Shown here in pieces: positions 40,501 through 50,929 of a stretch of DNA of 64,000 bases; the stretch's first letter is position 1; each line of letters begins with the position of its first letter. The position numbers and the translations under genes were made by a program. The DNA comes from Antedon mediterranea (taxonomy: Eukaryota; Animalia; Echinodermata): contig NC_092677.1 of NCBI RefSeq assembly GCF_964355755.1, positions 828,101 through 892,100 on the forward strand, in the 5' to 3' direction. Under the pieces are notes generated by a model, which was not told the origin of the DNA, ran no database searches, and was given only the letters and a program-made list of their open reading frames with translations.

Positions 40501-43500
40501 ATAGATGATGTTACATCTGACAATGGTATATATATTTTGTACACCATGAATGTGCATTTTAATGTAGTGGAATCTGTCAATGTCAGTCAAAATAATTTTC
40601 AGGAAACAACAGGACAAGTTGATATGGATGTGACATCCCAAAAGAATTATACAACACAGAAACGAAAGCAAATGAGAAAAGAAACATGTCACACATTTGA
40701 AGACATAGAACCAAAACACAAAAAGAGTAAAACTGTTGAGGGACCTTGTTCTGGAGATGAAGTAAAAATGTTGAGAAGGAAAAGAAAAACATCTTATGAA
40801 AATAGAAAACAAAGAGAAAAGAATCGTCAGAGAATGAAAAGAATAAGAGAGAAAAAAGATAATTCAATAGACAAAAATGAAAATAGAAACAAATATCAAG
40901 GTGATCCTGCATACAGAGAAGAAAAGAAACGTAAAGTAAAGGAGGCACAACAAATAAGATATGCTGATGATGATTATAAATTCCAAAAAAGGAAGGAAAA
41001 CAGAGAAAGACAACACAAAAGGTATAGATGTGAACCTGAATATAATGTTAAGGTACGAAATAAAGCTAAACATAACTACAATATTGATTTGGATTACCGA
41101 ACAACCAAAAAAGAAACAGTGAAGAATAGATACAACAATGATACAATGTTTAGACATAAAACTATACAAAATAATAAACAAAGAAATCAGGAAAGGTATC
41201 ACAATGATCCACAGTTTCGAAAAAATTTGAAGCAAAATTTAGCACAGAAGTATTGTACTAATTCACAATTCAGAGAAAACATTACCCAAAAATTGACAGA
41301 GAAGTATCAAAGTAATTTTAAATTTAGACAAAACTGTAAAGAAAAATTTGTTAAAAAGTATCGGACTAATTTGAAATTTAGACAAAAATGGAAAGACAAA
41401 CTGGCAGAAAAGTATCGGAGTAATTTGAAATTTAGACAAAACTTTAAAGACAAATTGGTAGAAAAGTATCGGAGTAATTTAAAATTTAGAAGAAAATGCA
41501 AAGACAAATTGGCAGAAAAGTATCGGAGTAATTTGAAATTTAGACAAAACTGTAAGCAGAAATTGGCAGAGAAATATCGAGGGAATTCAAAATTTCGTCA
41601 AAGATGTAAGCAAAGATTTACAGAAAAGTATCATGGTGATGAAGGGTTCCGGAAAAAAATCATGAAGAAAAATATGAAAAATCGGGAAAAAATCAAAACA
41701 GAAAACACTAATTTTAATATTGTTTTAGAAAACTTCAAGAAAACAGTTTCTCGTGGTCCTGAATATGTTTGTTGCGTATGCTTTAAATTGTTATTCAAAG
41801 ATCAAGTTATGAAGTGCATCAGAGCTAAATACAAAAATCAGGCTTGTATAAATGAAAAGTATTTGCATAATTGCAATAATGAATGTAATAAACCTTGTCA
41901 ATTTGTTGAATCACCAAGATGTCGTTTATGGATTTGTTTCACATGCCACAGGAAAATGCTAAAAGGAAAAGTTCCTGCAGAAGCTAATTCAAACAATTTA
42001 CAACTATACGATATTCCTCCTGAGCTCAGGTGTTTAAATAATTTAGAGCAGCATTTGATTGGATTAAACATTCCTTTTATGAAATTAATTAATTTACCAA
42101 AAGGTGGACAGCATGGAATACATGGACCAGTCGTATGTGTACCATCAAATACTATTGAAACTGTAAAAATGTTGCCTAGACCAGAGGTTGATGATCAATT
42201 AATATCTGTAAAATTGAAGCGAAAGTTGTCTTACAAAGGTTATTACAAATATAAATTTGTTAAAACTGCCAATGTTATTCAAGCTCTTAGATATTTACAA
42301 GATCATAACAAGTGCTACTTTGATATAGCTATTAATGAAGAATGGCACAATTATTTATCTGAAGATAACATCGAAAGTGAAACTACTAATGAAAATGAAA
42401 ACAATGAAGAAGAAGAAAATGAAGAAGAAGTAGGTGTTACCTTCGATACAAGTCTTCAACCTGTTGACAGACGACAAAATGTGGTAGATGAATATTTTAA
42501 TGACATAATTTGTTGTGCACCGTGTGAAAATAATAGCCCTATTGCATTATTAAGTAATAAAAGCAATGAAGCAAAATCATTTCCAGTGTTATTTCCAACA
42601 GGCCAACCAACATTCCATGATACGAGAGATGTTAAAATAACACTCGGACGTTATTTTCATAATAGATTAATGCATATAGATAACAGGTTTGCACAAAATA
42701 CAGAATTCATTTTTTATGCTCAATCTTTATATGAACTTCAACAAATTTTATCAAGTATTTCCATTGCATTGCGAAAAGGGTCAAGTAAAAAGGATGACTT
42801 TAGTAAAGTTACTGTATCCGATTTAAAAAATGTTACCAAAATTGAGGAAATTTTAAAATCTGATAGGGGTTATAAATTTTTAAAACAAATTCGTGGGACT
42901 CCACCGTACTGGCAAGCTACACAGAAAGATGTAATAGCAATGGTTAGACAGATTGGAAAGCCAACATTCTTTCTTTCATTCTCAAGTGCAGACTTCCGTT
43001 GGAAAGAAATAATGACGACATTGTTAAGTCAGTCAGGAGACCAAAGAAACATTGAAGAATTGGAATGGGCAGATAAATGTAATTTGTTAAAATCAAATCC
43101 AGTGACTGTTGCCAGAATGTTTGACAAGCGCTTTCATACTTTTTTGAAAAATGTAATTTTGTCTGAAGCACAGCCGATTGGTAAAGTCATAGATTATTTT
43201 TACCGAATTGAATTTCAAATGAGAGGAAGTCCACATGTTCATATGTTAGTATGGGTTGAAAATGCTCCTATTTTTGGTACAGATAAAGATAACGAAGTTA
43301 TTAATTTTGTCGATAAATATATTTCTTGTGCTGTACCATGTGAAACTGTAGATCCTGAGCTGAATGAAATTGTTAAAAGTGTGCAAATTCACAGTAAAAG
43401 ACATTCTAAATCATGTAAAAAAAAGGGAACAAACTGCAGATTTAACTTCCCCAGACAACCTTCTGGAAATACATTTGTTATGAGACCTACAATTGTAGAT

Positions 43501-46500
43501 AAAGACAGTGATGATAATGATGACAATAAACAAGCAAGGGAGCTATTAACCTCAGTAAAAGATGCTGTGAGTAATGAAGAAACATATAAAAATTCAATAG
43601 AACTTTTCCAAAGTTTAGGTATTACACAGAGTGCATTTGAGAAAGCAAATAATTGTGTAGCTACTGAGGAAAAAATTGTTATAAAAAGAAACCCTCAAGA
43701 TGTGTGGGTAAATCAATATAATCCTTCCTTATTGAGAGCATGGAATGCTAATATGGATATTCAGTATATTACAAATGTATATGCATGTATTATTTACGTT
43801 ATAGGATATATGTCTAAATCTGAACGAGAAATGGGCTTACTGTTATCTCATGCAGCATCAGAAGTAAAAGAAGGCAATGAAGATGCTAGGCAAAGTTTGC
43901 GAAAACTTCGTAATGTTTATATGAATAATCGAGAAGTGTCTGCACAAGAAAGTATTTATCGTGTTTGTAGTTTAAGATTAAAAGAATGTTCAAGGAAAGT
44001 TGAATTTATCCCAGTAGGACCTAATCCTGTTAGAATGAGTTTACCACTAAGTGTAATTAAAAACAAAGCAGATGATGATGTAAGTGCATGGTTACCAAAT
44101 AAGATCGACAAATATAAAGCTCGACCTAATAGTTCTGATTTTAATAAAATGTGCCTTGCAAAATTTTGTTCAGAATATAGAATATTGAGTTCATCAGAAA
44201 TGAAAGGAAACAAACAAAAAAAGAATGTATTTCAGTTAAAAAAACAGTTGGGATTCATCCAAAAAAGAACACGAACTAGTAATGCTATAGTAAGATACCC
44301 TCGATTTCCAATGGATACAGCACCTGAGAAATATTTTTTGAGTATACTTCAGTTATTTCTACCATTTCGAAAAGATGAACAGTTAAAACCTCCAACTTTT
44401 GAAACGTACGAACAATTTCATGAGAAAGGATGTGTGAAATTATGTGGCTGTCAATTAGAAACGGTAAAGTCAATAGTTAATGGAAACATGAAACAATATG
44501 AAAAAAGTGCTGATGATGTTGAAGAAGCACAGGAATTTTTATTAAAATTTGGACCACAAGAAGATGCATGGAGCCTATTATGTCCAGAAAGCGAAAAAGA
44601 AAGGTTAGACAACCCAAAGCCAAATGTAGAGGTTGATGATGAAGAAGATGAATTTTTCATTCCAGATTTTGGAATTCAAAAAAATCATACATCTAAAGTA
44701 GAATCTAATTCATCTAATATTCCAAGACCAGAATTGAACAAAATGATTCGATCTTTAAATGAAAAACAACAACATATATTTTATAAGACAAGACAATGGT
44801 GTTTAGACAAAGTTAATGGTAAAAAACCTGAAGCATTTTACAATTTCATAACTGGAGGCGCTGGTACAGGAAAAAGTCATTTGGTAAATTGTATTTATAA
44901 TGAAGCGACACGTATTCTTGGAAAGATTATGGAAAATCCCGATGATTTGTCAATATTGAAATTAGCTCCTACAGGAATCGCAGCATATAATATTAAAGGC
45001 CAAACAATTCATAGCGCTTTGTCTATCCCGATTAATATTTCACTTCCGTATCAACCACTTGGAGAAGAAAAAATAAGTGCACTTCGTAATAAATTGGGCC
45101 AGTTGCAAATTGTTATTATAGATGAAATATCAATGGTAAATCAAAGGTTACTTTGGTATATCCACGGACGATTAAGGCAAATAAAACAAGTACGCAACGA
45201 TAGTCCATTTGGTAACATTTCAGTAATTGCTGTTGGTGATTTTTATCAGTTACCCCCGGTGATGGGCAGTTCGTTATATAAAGACACATTGGAAAGCTCA
45301 CTGTGGATAGATAACTTTAAGCAAGTACAGTTAGATCAAATCATGAGGCAAAAAGAAGATAAACAATTTGCTTTATTGTTAAACAAATTGCGTACAAAAG
45401 AAAAACATGATTGTTTGTCTGATAACGATTTATTAGTTCTAAAATCACGTGAAACAGGTGAAGAATGTGAAGATGCTGTTCATATTTACCCACGCAACAA
45501 ACAAGTTGATGAATGGAATAAAAAAATGTTGCACAAAACCTGTACAGACATTGTATGCATTAAAGCAGAAGATAGTGTAGTAAATAGCAAGAAACAGAGC
45601 AAAAATTGTGACAAACCTCGGAATTCACGTCAAACTAGTTTACTAAATTATTTGTGGATTGCAATTAATGCCAGAGTGATGTTGATTAAAAATGTAGATG
45701 TTAAAAAAGGCTTAACGAATGGATGTATGGGACATGTTGATGAAATAGTCAAACCTGATCATAACACCGAACCAGTATCTATTAAAGTAAAATTTGACAA
45801 TAATGACATTGGTATTCAGGCAATTGAAATGTTTAAAGAATCTATGGGGAAAAAATACAGTCGAAAACAATTTCCTCTCAAATTAGCATATGCATGCACA
45901 GTTCATAAAGTGCAAGGAATGACAATGGATAAAGCAGTGGTTTGCCTTAAAGATACTTTTATGCATGGTCAAGCATATGTAGGCCTCAGTCGTGTTACTT
46001 CAATAACTGGACTTACTATTGAAAATTTTAAACCTAGTCTGATTTATTGTGATCCAAACATAAAGAAGTGCTTAAATAATATGGATTCATACGTACAATG
46101 TGATAAACAAGGTCATGATTCGGCTTGTAGATTTTCAATAATGTTACATAACATTCAAGGGCTTAAACAACATTTTTTTGATCTTCAGTGTAATGATTTG
46201 TTTATGAATTCTAATATCATATGTCTAACTGAAACATGGTTAAACAAGGATGATGATGTTTTTGACGTACGCATTGAGCCGTATAAATTGTATCACCAAG
46301 CAAGGTATGATTCGTATTCTAATACAAATGATCTCAGTTCCAAAATAAAACATCAGGCTCATGGTGGCGTTGCAGTGTATGCCAAGAACACGTCTTCAAG
46401 CAGATTAAACATATGTAATAATGATATAGAAGCAGTTTCATTTTTAATAACAAGTCCGATTTCTGTTGCCGTGTCAGTAATTTATCGACCCCCAAGTTAT

Positions 46501-46785
46501 GATATTAATCAATTCTGTCAAAATTTGAGAAAACATTTGGAAGAGTTACATAAAATGAGCACAAAGTGTATTGTAATGGGTGATTTTAATGAAAATCTTT
46601 TCAAACAATCTTCCAGAGTGAATAATTTAATGGCAGAGAATGAGTACAAACAACATGTTACATGTTCTACAACTGAAAACAATACATTGATTGATCATGT
46701 TTATAGCAAAGGTCTTGATTCAGTACAGGCTGAAGTAATTCCAATTTATTATAGCTATCATGAAACCATTCAAATTAAATTTTAA
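37567..46785 (+). CDS. Helentron transposase polyprotein (3072 aa): TM helix, PHD, herpes-tegument/C76-like protease, OTU, 18-aa repeats, Cys-rich region, HUH Rep, PIF1 helicase, EEP/AP endonuclease
   Basis: PHD C4HC3 (37933-38079); GKQCVANSL...FDPH (39232-39633); OTU GDGNCFYRAIS (~40195); Rep motifs FLSFSSAD, YRIEFQMRGSPHVH (43201) and YVIGYMSK (~43796); Walker A GGAGTGKS (~44854), IIDEISMV, VGDFYQLPPV, TVHKVQG, QAYVGLSR; endonuclease HNIQGL, CLTETW, YRPP, GDFN, IDHVY. Confidence 0.96.
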   Translation: MDMEFIAVVGIFLLIIFTMIIYLCKNVNKEVTSKKQIFVNTTGNVNNGVMDKTAEFKIVVNDILDLLDECCSTENVKDDRNDDTGNVNCEFMKDTTEFKGIIDDIINILSYGTEVTSEFNDTCDFCNIEVKVDDNCITCDRCSQYFHVKCVRDVFEDKLCNSRVIWICSMCGNSNFVDNMLGEIGIPCHFNRYTILEPDESVTADFTELTKNKEKRCNNAKLKCQQRGSEDLLGSDWMRVRSKKRNDNRKKRCKNRGNKKRRKRVINGISIEPGVKYIGKGVKDFYERRNNNKMEWNTNTCREYNKENGKTNVLGNSQTIIDDSGRPMCDVLKNTKVTHGIQQQSGGGSKRLRNNKGRFVKTKKIDNKKAQGNVDLNLKNDCDTMERFGKDIKNMGNNDNSETKTDEDFKMKCTVENDNTATDDAKAQNNSKMNDRSRIIDSNVTDHKNQCASCEFEENEVLIIDDGCKKEVAEKIRSHTKPKCDQHTIDVDIEVLTTINFSEELIIDDVPKQQNTRKRQKIQSINELQVYNSNENITVAQGNFNQGNYRFGFASGKQCVANSLVAILYSTKRNGNEFYTKDLDTILTLGNELYRYIQKDSTMHEDLLMISELPKELDILDNTFVISPKESVFGIIDGNLEFMAEYGALSLNQALEQELHQHDAFFMNFNRSTFSIIKRVNGFLIFDPHARDRFGCVSEHGKSILLYSTSWQGVYDYCIRLARSMNCNLHDTEFELTGVNIENKSMILCSASVLDDNCEQSNLGNADVDEPSTSYQYKCSTRLPEKNIDSNVKGQKHNKEGHVSSSNGWQSDSDIEIVNVQYGERPDKNFKFIPISEAQKKNMCNEVGIHCEYTDMNCGINRASQIGHPLQITNITGDGNCFYRAISYIISGTEDNHFLLRRAITNHLLETGDLFINTFSHEYRSVKEYVFEKRVMDNGTWASNTEISAMANLLNTDIYSFNDQLLTWQLFSAKKPGRIDDVTSDNGIYILYTMNVHFNVVESVNVSQNNFQETTGQVDMDVTSQKNYTTQKRKQMRKETCHTFEDIEPKHKKSKTVEGPCSGDEVKMLRRKRKTSYENRKQREKNRQRMKRIREKKDNSIDKNENRNKYQGDPAYREEKKRKVKEAQQIRYADDDYKFQKRKENRERQHKRYRCEPEYNVKVRNKAKHNYNIDLDYRTTKKETVKNRYNNDTMFRHKTIQNNKQRNQERYHNDPQFRKNLKQNLAQKYCTNSQFRENITQKLTEKYQSNFKFRQNCKEKFVKKYRTNLKFRQKWKDKLAEKYRSNLKFRQNFKDKLVEKYRSNLKFRRKCKDKLAEKYRSNLKFRQNCKQKLAEKYRGNSKFRQRCKQRFTEKYHGDEGFRKKIMKKNMKNREKIKTENTNFNIVLENFKKTVSRGPEYVCCVCFKLLFKDQVMKCIRAKYKNQACINEKYLHNCNNECNKPCQFVESPRCRLWICFTCHRKMLKGKVPAEANSNNLQLYDIPPELRCLNNLEQHLIGLNIPFMKLINLPKGGQHGIHGPVVCVPSNTIETVKMLPRPEVDDQLISVKLKRKLSYKGYYKYKFVKTANVIQALRYLQDHNKCYFDIAINEEWHNYLSEDNIESETTNENENNEEEENEEEVGVTFDTSLQPVDRRQNVVDEYFNDIICCAPCENNSPIALLSNKSNEAKSFPVLFPTGQPTFHDTRDVKITLGRYFHNRLMHIDNRFAQNTEFIFYAQSLYELQQILSSISIALRKGSSKKDDFSKVTVSDLKNVTKIEEILKSDRGYKFLKQIRGTPPYWQATQKDVIAMVRQIGKPTFFLSFSSADFRWKEIMTTLLSQSGDQRNIEELEWADKCNLLKSNPVTVARMFDKRFHTFLKNVILSEAQPIGKVIDYFYRIEFQMRGSPHVHMLVWVENAPIFGTDKDNEVINFVDKYISCAVPCETVDPELNEIVKSVQIHSKRHSKSCKKKGTNCRFNFPRQPSGNTFVMRPTIVDKDSDDNDDNKQARELLTSVKDAVSNEETYKNSIELFQSLGITQSAFEKANNCVATEEKIVIKRNPQDVWVNQYNPSLLRAWNANMDIQYITNVYACIIYVIGYMSKSEREMGLLLSHAASEVKEGNEDARQSLRKLRNVYMNNREVSAQESIYRVCSLRLKECSRKVEFIPVGPNPVRMSLPLSVIKNKADDDVSAWLPNKIDKYKARPNSSDFNKMCLAKFCSEYRILSSSEMKGNKQKKNVFQLKKQLGFIQKRTRTSNAIVRYPRFPMDTAPEKYFLSILQLFLPFRKDEQLKPPTFETYEQFHEKGCVKLCGCQLETVKSIVNGNMKQYEKSADDVEEAQEFLLKFGPQEDAWSLLCPESEKERLDNPKPNVEVDDEEDEFFIPDFGIQKNHTSKVESNSSNIPRPELNKMIRSLNEKQQHIFYKTRQWCLDKVNGKKPEAFYNFITGGAGTGKSHLVNCIYNEATRILGKIMENPDDLSILKLAPTGIAAYNIKGQTIHSALSIPINISLPYQPLGEEKISALRNKLGQLQIVIIDEISMVNQRLLWYIHGRLRQIKQVRNDSPFGNISVIAVGDFYQLPPVMGSSLYKDTLESSLWIDNFKQVQLDQIMRQKEDKQFALLLNKLRTKEKHDCLSDNDLLVLKSRETGEECEDAVHIYPRNKQVDEWNKKMLHKTCTDIVCIKAEDSVVNSKKQSKNCDKPRNSRQTSLLNYLWIAINARVMLIKNVDVKKGLTNGCMGHVDEIVKPDHNTEPVSIKVKFDNNDIGIQAIEMFKESMGKKYSRKQFPLKLAYACTVHKVQGMTMDKAVVCLKDTFMHGQAYVGLSRVTSITGLTIENFKPSLIYCDPNIKKCLNNMDSYVQCDKQGHDSACRFSIMLHNIQGLKQHFFDLQCNDLFMNSNIICLTETWLNKDDDVFDVRIEPYKLYHQARYDSYSNTNDLSSKIKHQAHGGVAVYAKNTSSSRLNICNNDIEAVSFLITSPISVAVSVIYRPPSYDINQFCQNLRKHLEELHKMSTKCIVMGDFNENLFKQSSRVNNLMAENEYKQHVTCSTTENNTLIDHVYSKGLDSVQAEVIPIYYSYHETIQIKF
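41248..41652 (+). repeat. In-frame 54-bp coding repeat (copy 2), ~8 units
   Basis: The translation shows four fewer KYRSNLKFR units than copy 1. Confidence 0.93.
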
Positions 46786-46909
46786 TTGCATCAATGGTTT
46801 TTAAGTATTTGAATTATATTTTTGTAAAAACTTTTTAGGAATTGAAAATAGAACTGGATACAAATTAAAAAAAACAATTTGATAAAAACAAGCTGAAAAT
46901 CATTATGAC

Positions 46910-47650
46910 CCTCTATGCACAAGAGGCAGCGAGTAATCTGTAACTTCAACCCATGTCATTCTCCTGTATAGGAAAAACAATATCTGGTGTCTAAACACAT
47001 TTCAATCTTGTTTTTATGTGAGTTAAATTATTATAGATATTGTTCTGAATTTGAATATGCAATGTTGCAATCTCTGTACATAATAATCGTTCAATATCTA
47101 CCAGTATTCAAGTAATGTTGAAAATAAAAAGTTACATTTCACAGAAGAAGAAAATACGTTTTGTTTTATACGATTACCAATACTTCATTAGGTCTATACA
47201 TAATTTCAGTTGTATAATTGTTTTTTCTATTCTTTTTTTTTCTATCCAGGTCCACATGAAATTACTAATACAGTAATTTACTCATGTGGAAGAATAATCA
47301 ATTTATTATCTATGCAAGAGAGGCAGCGAATAATCTGTAACTTCAACCCATGTCATTCTTCTGTATAGGAGAAACAATATCTGGTGAGTAAACACATTTT
47401 AATCTTGTTTTTATGTGAGTTATATTATTATAGATATTGTTCTGAATTTGAATATGCAATGTTGCAATCTCTGCACATAATAATCTTTCAATATTTACCG
47501 GTATTCAAGTAATGTTAAAAATAAAAAGTTACATTTTACAGAAGAAGAAAATACGTTTTTTTTATACGATTACCAATACTTCATTAGGTATATACATAAT
47601 TTCAGTTGCATAGTTGTTTTTTATTTTATTTTTTCTATCTATCCAGGTTC
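46910..47650. repeat. ~400-bp tandem duplication downstream of the ORF
   Basis: GAGGCAGCGA.TAATCTGTAACTTCAACCCATGTC at ~46923 and ~47320. Only one full unit plus a partial one in copy 1 (23670-24115). Confidence 0.8.
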
Positions 47651-50535
47651 ACATTAATTTTCTCATTTGCAAGAATAATCAATTTATTTTCTTTTGGCTT
47701 TTAGGTGTTCAATAGAATGGTTTCATCTCTTCAATTATAGGATCCGGATATTTAGGCAGTCATTAATGCAGCTCTTTCATAGCAATTGTCTAAACGCGGC
47801 AAATGATTAAATTATTAATTGTATTAATGATTGTTAAAAAATAAGAATCTTCTATAAATAGATTAATAATATGCGTTTAATGAATCCACAACTAACAAAT
47901 TAACATGTATATAATGTAGGAAGTAAAATTACTGATCACCAAATAAACTACTGTATAGTATAAACAGCCTATTATAATTTTTAAAATTGTGTACAATTTG
48001 CAATAACCAATGAAAGCTTATATAAATACATACATTTCATACTTATTATTTGTTTGAAATAAAAGATTATTTTTAACAGTTATGGTGTGATAATATTAGC
48101 TTTATCAGAAATATTTTATCTATTGGAGCAAGCTTTAACACTGGCAACTGAGATAAATGTCAGTAATCCATAAGATCAAATCACAGAGCAGAGGAGACAA
48201 GAAATTGTTATTATTATTATTCACACATGTAACTGGTTGTACTTTAGTACATTATGGTGTTTAGAACTGAAATTACGGGAGAAAACATTGTTTGATGTCA
48301 TCAAAATGAAACATAAAAGTATGTACATTTTCGGAAAATAATTCATTTCAATGAGCATAATTAAATAATATAATATAAATAATAATAATGAAAATTTGGC
48401 ACGTACAACTGAGATGCGTAATATGTTGAAGTGATGAACTATATGCCAAAAAACAAATAAAAATCCTACCTTTCCAATTACTGGCCATAGCATGACATCA
48501 TAGCATGACCTCGCAGCATCCAATAGGAACATTTTTATGACAGCATATTACAGAATACATTGTATATGTTATATAATTTAATTATCTAAATAATTACATT
48601 AATACAAATTTAAAGAATTTTGGGAACGTTAACCTGAGATGCGCTCTATTTTAAACACGATTAATTTTTACGAAAGAGATGAAAATATGACTTTTTAAAT
48701 TCAACTGGCCATATAATGACGTCATGAAATTAGATAGACAAAATTTGTATATGACTTCATATCTACAATTCAACAATTTCCATAAGTTTTAATCACATGG
48801 GTCACTTTGTTAACTCATGTGTGAAGGAAAATTGATTTATCAAGAACATTAAAACGCATTAGCGTGATGCCCTCTATTAAATGGGATTAACTAAATACAA
48901 AATAGAAAAAAAAATCTATTTTTAAAATTCGAGTGGCCATATGATGACGTCAGAACATCCTTTAGGTAAAATTTGTACATTAATTGATATCTACAACTCA
49001 TTCGACGGGGTAACCTGCCATCTTGAGGAGCTAGAAATGAATCAAAATAGCTATATTTTTTGCATAAATTCGTATTATATTACCCTTTCTTTAGCACACG
49101 ATTTCTAAAGTTTAACATGCACGTGCATCGTTAATTTGCAATAAAAATTCATGAAAGTGAAAGAAATCGTGAACGTAGGCCTATGACCAACAAAAATCAA
49201 TTGCAAAACACATTTTTCTACGCTTTGTACAAGCTGTGTGCACAAGTGCGTGCGCAAAACACAAACAAATTAGACAATTTTGAAATGCTCAAAGTGACCT
49301 GAAATGTACGCAAATTAAATAGAAATTAATTTGGCGCATTTTTAAAATTCACTCGTACTCAAAAAAAAATAAATAAATAAATATAATAAACAAATTTGAT
49401 TTAGGTTTTCCGCAGCGCAAACGCCACGTGCACGTCATACGTTAGAATATTGCACTCAGAAAAAACGATTATGCCATTGAAAAAATGTTAGTGCGCTCTC
49501 TATTTTGCGTCACGTCTAAGTATATACAGTATACACTATACTGTATACGTACTACATACAGTGAAGGATAGGTGAAAATAAGTGACCACAGTTTTTAACG
49601 CTTTTGAACATGATGACGTCATCACAACTTTAAAAATGGTGAATCATGCGAAAGATAATTGATTGACCTAGACAAAATAAAAAAATTGAGGGAAATGGAA
49701 TACGGATAAGTGGAGATGCGCTCTATTAAATGTGATGAGCTATGCGAAAGAAACAAAAATCCTATATTTTATATTCGAGTGGCCATACAATGACGTCACA
49801 ATGTCCGGTTAGCGATATTCATGGATGATTTCATATCTACAACTCATCTACTTCCAGAATCGGTAATTTAAAAAAAGTTCACCACGTAGTTTATAATCTA
49901 TGACTTTTTTAAAAAAGGCATAATTTTCACGAATTTTTGAACTTTTTCATCAATAACGCGCGCAAATTTTTCAATTCTACGTGCTCGTATGACGTGATTT
50001 TAAGTCGAAATTGTTTGAAAGTTAGTAAATCTACTAAAAAATGACAGGAAAAACAAAAATCAAGCCAAAAAATAGTGTTTTTGCGCTACGTACGCACGCG
50101 CGCGTAAAAAAATTGCGCACGTGTGGGAATTTTTGAAATGCTCAAAATGACATGAAACGCGTAGAAAGTTGATTAGAAATTGATTTTTCGCATTTTGAAA
50201 TTCTAAACGCGCGTGCGCGCGTAACTTTCTGCGCAACCTGCCATTTTTAATCCATAGAAAGTTTGCGATTAATATGACTTAAATTTTCACCAAGTTTCAA
50301 TACAAAATTACTTTTGGTTTTTAATCTATGATCAATCATTGAAATTCATAAAATCGCGCGTAACTTACGCTGCGCAACTCGGACTGGACCCAAAACCTTA
50401 TTACGACATCTTCTGATAGAGGTCAATCTTCTGATAAAGTTATACAATGTTATGTTAAGAAGATTTTGAGATACACGCGCAACAAAATTCTGGGAAAGAA
50501 AGAAGAAAAAAGAAAAAAAAGAAAAAAAAAAAAAA

Positions 50536-50720
50536 GATCCTGACAATAACAAGGGGTTATCCGCCAAAGTGCGGATAACCAAAAAAAAAGAGAAAAAGAA
50601 AAATAAAAAAAAGATCCTGACAATAACAAGGGGTTATCCGCCAAGTGCGGATAACCAAAAAAAAAAAAAAAAAAAAAGATCGTGACAATAACAAGGGGTT
50701 ATCCGCCAAGTGCGGATAAC

Positions 50721-50756
<36 letters not shown>

Positions 50757-50923
50757 TCCTGACAATAACAAGAGGTTATCCGCCAAGTGCGGATAACCAA
50801 TTATCCGCCAAGTGCGGATAACCAAAAAGATCCTGACAGTAACAAGGGGTTATCCGCCAAGTGCGGATAACCAAAAAAAGATCCTGACAATAACAAGAGG
50901 TTATCCGCCAAGTGCGGATAACC
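50536..50923. repeat. Stack of seven Helentron right-end hairpins separated by A-tracts
   Basis: GGTTATCCGC-caagt-GCGGATAACC hairpins end at 50580, 50656, 50721, 50798, 50823 (partial), 50872 and 50923. Confidence 0.95.
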
Positions 50924-50929
50924 AAAAAA

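Larger units (their letters stand above)
32457..50580 (+). mobile_element. Complete, potentially autonomous Helentron/Helitron2 (copy 2, ~18.1 kb)
   Basis: Left end CTAGATTTGAACTCGTCACTGCGGACGAGTTAGGTTATCCGC, intact 3072-aa ORF, right-end hairpin ending GCGGATAACC at 50580. Asymmetric subTIRs GGTTATCCGC/GCGGATAACC and AA flanks match Helentron/DINE-1 terminal structure. Confidence 0.92.

Noticed and set aside
37567-46785. Endogenous virus or host PIF1 gene
   Set aside because: No capsid or polymerase genes; the HUH Rep-PIF1-EN fusion with Helentron termini identifies a transposon.
50536-50923. CRISPR-like palindromic repeats
   Set aside because: Spacers are only A-tracts and the repeat is the Helentron right terminus.
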